Assembly (NCBI GenBank): GCA_963693365.1
Contig: CAVNZM010000011.1
Location: 5,909,921-5,973,920, forward strand
Direction: 5' to 3'
Length of the DNA stretch: 64,000 nt
Source of the DNA: Amoebidium appalachense
Taxonomy: Eukaryota > Protista > Ichthyosporea
A program made the translations under genes and the position numbers. This document shows, piece after piece, positions 45,668 through 64,000 of the stretch; position 1 is the stretch's first letter, and each line of letters opens with the position of its first letter. The notes beneath the pieces are model-generated. The model was not told the origin of the DNA. It did no database searches and saw nothing but the letters and a program-made list of their open reading frames with translations.

Positions 45668-46246
45668 CTACAAATGCTCCAAACTTTCCCAAAACGGAAC
45701 TTCCTCCGGGCCCATGGGGGGTCCCTGCTTATAGCATGATATCGAAGAAAACGCAGGACACTTGCATACGGAAGCCCAAAACCACCCACAATGCACGCTC
45801 TCACACAAAGTATTCCCATACAATGTCCCGGACTTTTCGACCAGAATTCCGGTTTTGTTGGCAGGGCTGAACGCGTAGGTGCCCTTTTTGTACCCTTGCT
45901 GCTGGCAGAATTCATCGGCAACCGGTTTTCCGCATCCGTCCTGTTGTTTAAATATATGAATGAGTTATCATACCGGATGTAGTAACGAACGGCATACTCA
46001 GTGCACACGGTGATGCTAATAAAGGGGGTTCCACACTGTGTGGGCACATAAATGGACAAACAGGTGGCAGGCCGTATTCATACGTGGCAAGGAGTAACTG
46101 TTCGAGCGTCACAAGCACACACACACACAGGCACACACACAGGCACATACAGGCAGGTGCTTGACCTTGCCAAGCACGTGCCCTACATCGGGTGCACACG
46201 TGTTCGATACCCCCTCGTGCGTGCAGGCACACACGCACACACACAC

Positions 46247-46288
<42 letters not shown>

Positions 46289-46618
46289 AAGTGCGCGCGA
46301 AAACACAAAAGATGAAGGGGTATGCCAGCCACATATATTACACGTGTCCACACTCGAATATTCGATCTACCACCTCCCTCTCTCTGACACCTCCTCCCCA
46401 CACGCCCGTCCCCTCTAGATCTATCGTGAGAGCCCACCGTCTCCCAGCATTCCCCCTATCCCCCTCCCCCCCCCTTCCCTCCCCCCCTCCACCCCCCCTT
46501 CCCCCAAAAAAAAAACAAAAAAAGAAAACACCAAGGGCGAAATAGAAAAGAAATTAAGAGACTCATGATCAGGCATTGCAGGTATACGTAGGCAAATACA
46601 AACAGGACATGCACAGAC

Positions 46619-46698
<80 letters not shown>

Positions 46699-47699
46699 CC
46701 CCCCCCCTCCGGGGCACATACACTATTTGACCATGTACACACTCAGCTCACCTTGTTACCACCTGGCCCCGTCCAAGTTCCCTCGGGAACCGGGTCATGG
46801 CAATATGCCAAACTTTGGACATCACCAGTTGAGCTTTTGACCATTGGATTCCTGTAGACCCGCAGTGCATCTGGATACTCGCACGCTGAACCACTGTAAT
46901 GCTCCTCGCAAGCACATGCTGCGTGACCAGATTTCTCGCTGCAATTTCCTCTACCAGAACATGGAGTGAGGAAATCGGGATCTTTCTCTGCGCGGTGCGT
47001 CACCACGCCCATGGGGCATTGATATTGGCATGCTTCTCCAACGAACTTTCCGGATTTCTCGCAAATGCATTCCGCTCGGTCGGATAGTGCGTGGCACGTA
47101 CCATGACCGGAGCATACCCGCTCACTTTCTGCTAGAGAGGAATCATTAACACTTCCGATGGGACACGGAAGCTGACATTTCCTCCCTACGTCGTCAGCTT
47201 GGCATGAACACTGCCAGTGGAAGTAGCCTCCCTCGCATGATCCATGAAAACAACCTCCGCATGCATGGGCACGTAGGTCGCGGTCCGCCGTGTATAGACA
47301 CAGAGGAATTGCTGCAACGAGCAAAATCACACCCAAAAATGCACCTATCCACTTACACCACAGTTGTCCCGTCCGTTTTTCATTGTGGCCATGGCCACTA
47401 GGTGGAGCTCGAGTGATGCTGACGATGACGGGAAAGGGGGGTTCACGAGTTCGTTCTTGTGCAGAAGCGAGGTTTTGGGTGTAATGCGCTCTGTTTAAGA
47501 ACCCATATGAAGGAGGTGGCACACGTTGATCAATCGGTTCCTCGCTTGAATCATGACCGTCATTCGCTAAATCGGTGTGTTGCAGGGGATGCCAGGAAGG
47601 AGGGTGCACATGTTGATTGCATGTATGGGAATCCCCTCTCAGAAGCGGGGCACGTTCAGGTGACTCGTATGGCGGAGGAGGCTGCCCACTCGTATCCAT
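45668..47699 (-). CDS. Type II single-pass membrane protein with about three EGF-like repeats and a Cys-rich C-terminal domain (~406 aa, 2 exons)
   Basis: Exon 1 is 46752-47699 and ends GGNK|gtgag. Exon 2 is 45668-45940 and starts acag|DGCGKPVADEFCQQQGY..., in phase. Hydrophobic segment WIGAFLGVILLVAAIPLCLY. EGF-type repeats CFHGSC..CSC..GRKC, CSGHGTC..CIC..GEAC and CSGRGNC..CAC..YSGSACE. Confidence 0.85.
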
Positions 47700-48615
47700 T
47701 CTGCAAGTTTTGCGTGCACATTACTCTTCACATCCAACCATGTCGAAAAGGAATCACCAACACCAGGGGAAAAACGAAATATATGTACTTCAAGTTCGTG
47801 TTGATCAAGGGACACGAACACTGACTTATGCACAGCTAACTAGTCTGCTTGCGTATGACGTCATTTTTCCTGCTGCATTAGACTACACATCAGCAGTCTC
47901 AAAATGTTTAGCCGCTAAAAGGATTTATACTTTAGACTAGTAGATTAGATCTGCTGTACCATTCGCGAAGTTAGATTAGCGGCGATTTCAAATTCTCGCT
48001 TTGCAACCGTTATCGTCATGTTGTCGTCATGAAGTTTTCGCCACAACCTGCCTGGAACATGACATGGACGCCTGTGGAATTTAGGTTCAGCACACTTTCT
48101 TTCCTCCATCATATAGGAAGTTTTACTAACGCGTGAATCAGGGACAAACACTCTCAAACTATATTTCGCGTTTGCAAGAATAGCACATCAGTCCTTACAG
48201 TCTTCTTGCTCTGAAGGCGTCCCAAATTAGGGATCAGCTGATGACCTCCTGTGAGCGAGTTCTGGTGTGGGTAGTTTGAAAAAGTTAATAAGCCCCTGTA
48301 TCTAATTGCAAGTTTGCGTTCGAAAAAAGGGCTGTATTTGGTTCATACAACTTTCAGGGCTGCTACTCAGGGGCACCCAATATTTCCGTACGCTTCTCTG
48401 CCATTTTCAAGGGCTGGTGTTCTGGACTCACAGACAACAGACATACTTCCTTTGATGCGTGGTCGCAGAATATGCTCCATTCCTTTGTCTTAGCAGGTAT
48501 GTGCAACGAGCATAAATTTAGTTCCGGTTAAGACAGACGTGGTATAACATGCAGGCAAGCACGCGCTCAGCCCCAGTAAGGCAGTCAACCTCGTACACCT
48601 GTCGGACAAACAACC

Positions 48616-63523
<14,908 letters not shown>

Positions 63524-63687
63524 GTGGGTCAAAGGAAAAATCTTAATCTCTCTCTCACTCACACTGAAACGCCCACACACTTTCTCTCCCTCTTTCTCTC
63601 TCACCCTCCTCTGTCTCTCCACCCCCCCCCCCCCCCCCCCCCCCTCCCCCTCTCTCTCTCTCTCTCTCTCTCGCCCCCCCTCCCCCT

Positions 63688-63730
<43 letters not shown>

Positions 63731-64000
63731 CCCCCCCTCCCTTCCTCCCTCCCTCCCTATCTCTCTTCTCTCTTCCTCTTCCTCTCTCCCTCCCTCTCTC
63801 ACTCGCTCTCTCCTTCTGGGACCAACCCCCCCCCCCCCCCCCCCCCCCTTCCCCTTCCCTCCCCTCCCCTCCCCTGCCCCTCCCCCTCCCCCTCCCCTCT
63901 CCCCAATCCCCCCTCACCTCGCCTCCCCCCCCCCCCCCCCCCCTCCCCACCCACCCACCACCACCACCACCATCACCACCACCCATCCACCCATCCACCC

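Overview
Eukaryotic DNA, probably from a non-animal opisthokont or unicellular holozoan. That is an inference from the RB gene and the animal-like tRNA-Trp. Genes are intron-rich and the introns are packed with (CA/GT)n, (CT/GA)n and poly-C/G runs, so almost all ORFs in the supplied track are microsatellite artefacts. Manual splicing recovers five genes. (1) TDP1 (+, ~0.7-13.8 kb) with both HxK..N catalytic motifs. (2) A retinoblastoma-family pocket protein (-, ~23 coding exons, 16.5-35.3 kb). (3) A CHTOP/FOP-like mRNA-export factor (+, 39.4-41.2 kb). (4) A type II membrane protein with EGF repeats and an unusual Cys-rich C-terminal domain (-, 45.7-47.7 kb). (5) A BLM/Sgs1-like RecQ helicase (+, 48.6 kb to beyond the window end). 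tRNA-Glu(TTC) and tRNA-Trp(CCA) lie inside introns. The most novel signal is an intronic dispersed repeat family. Its copies share a fixed 3' end abutting poly-C, are variably 5'-truncated and all lie sense to the host gene. Full-length copies carry a pseudoknotted core whose helices show compensatory changes between two divergent subfamilies, making it a candidate new ribozyme or structured-RNA retroelement. Also notable are a strand-polarised intron grammar (C-run after the donor, (CA)n up to the acceptor) and repeated 'echo' copies of splice junctions inside introns. Exon coordinates were read by eye and may be off by a few bases.
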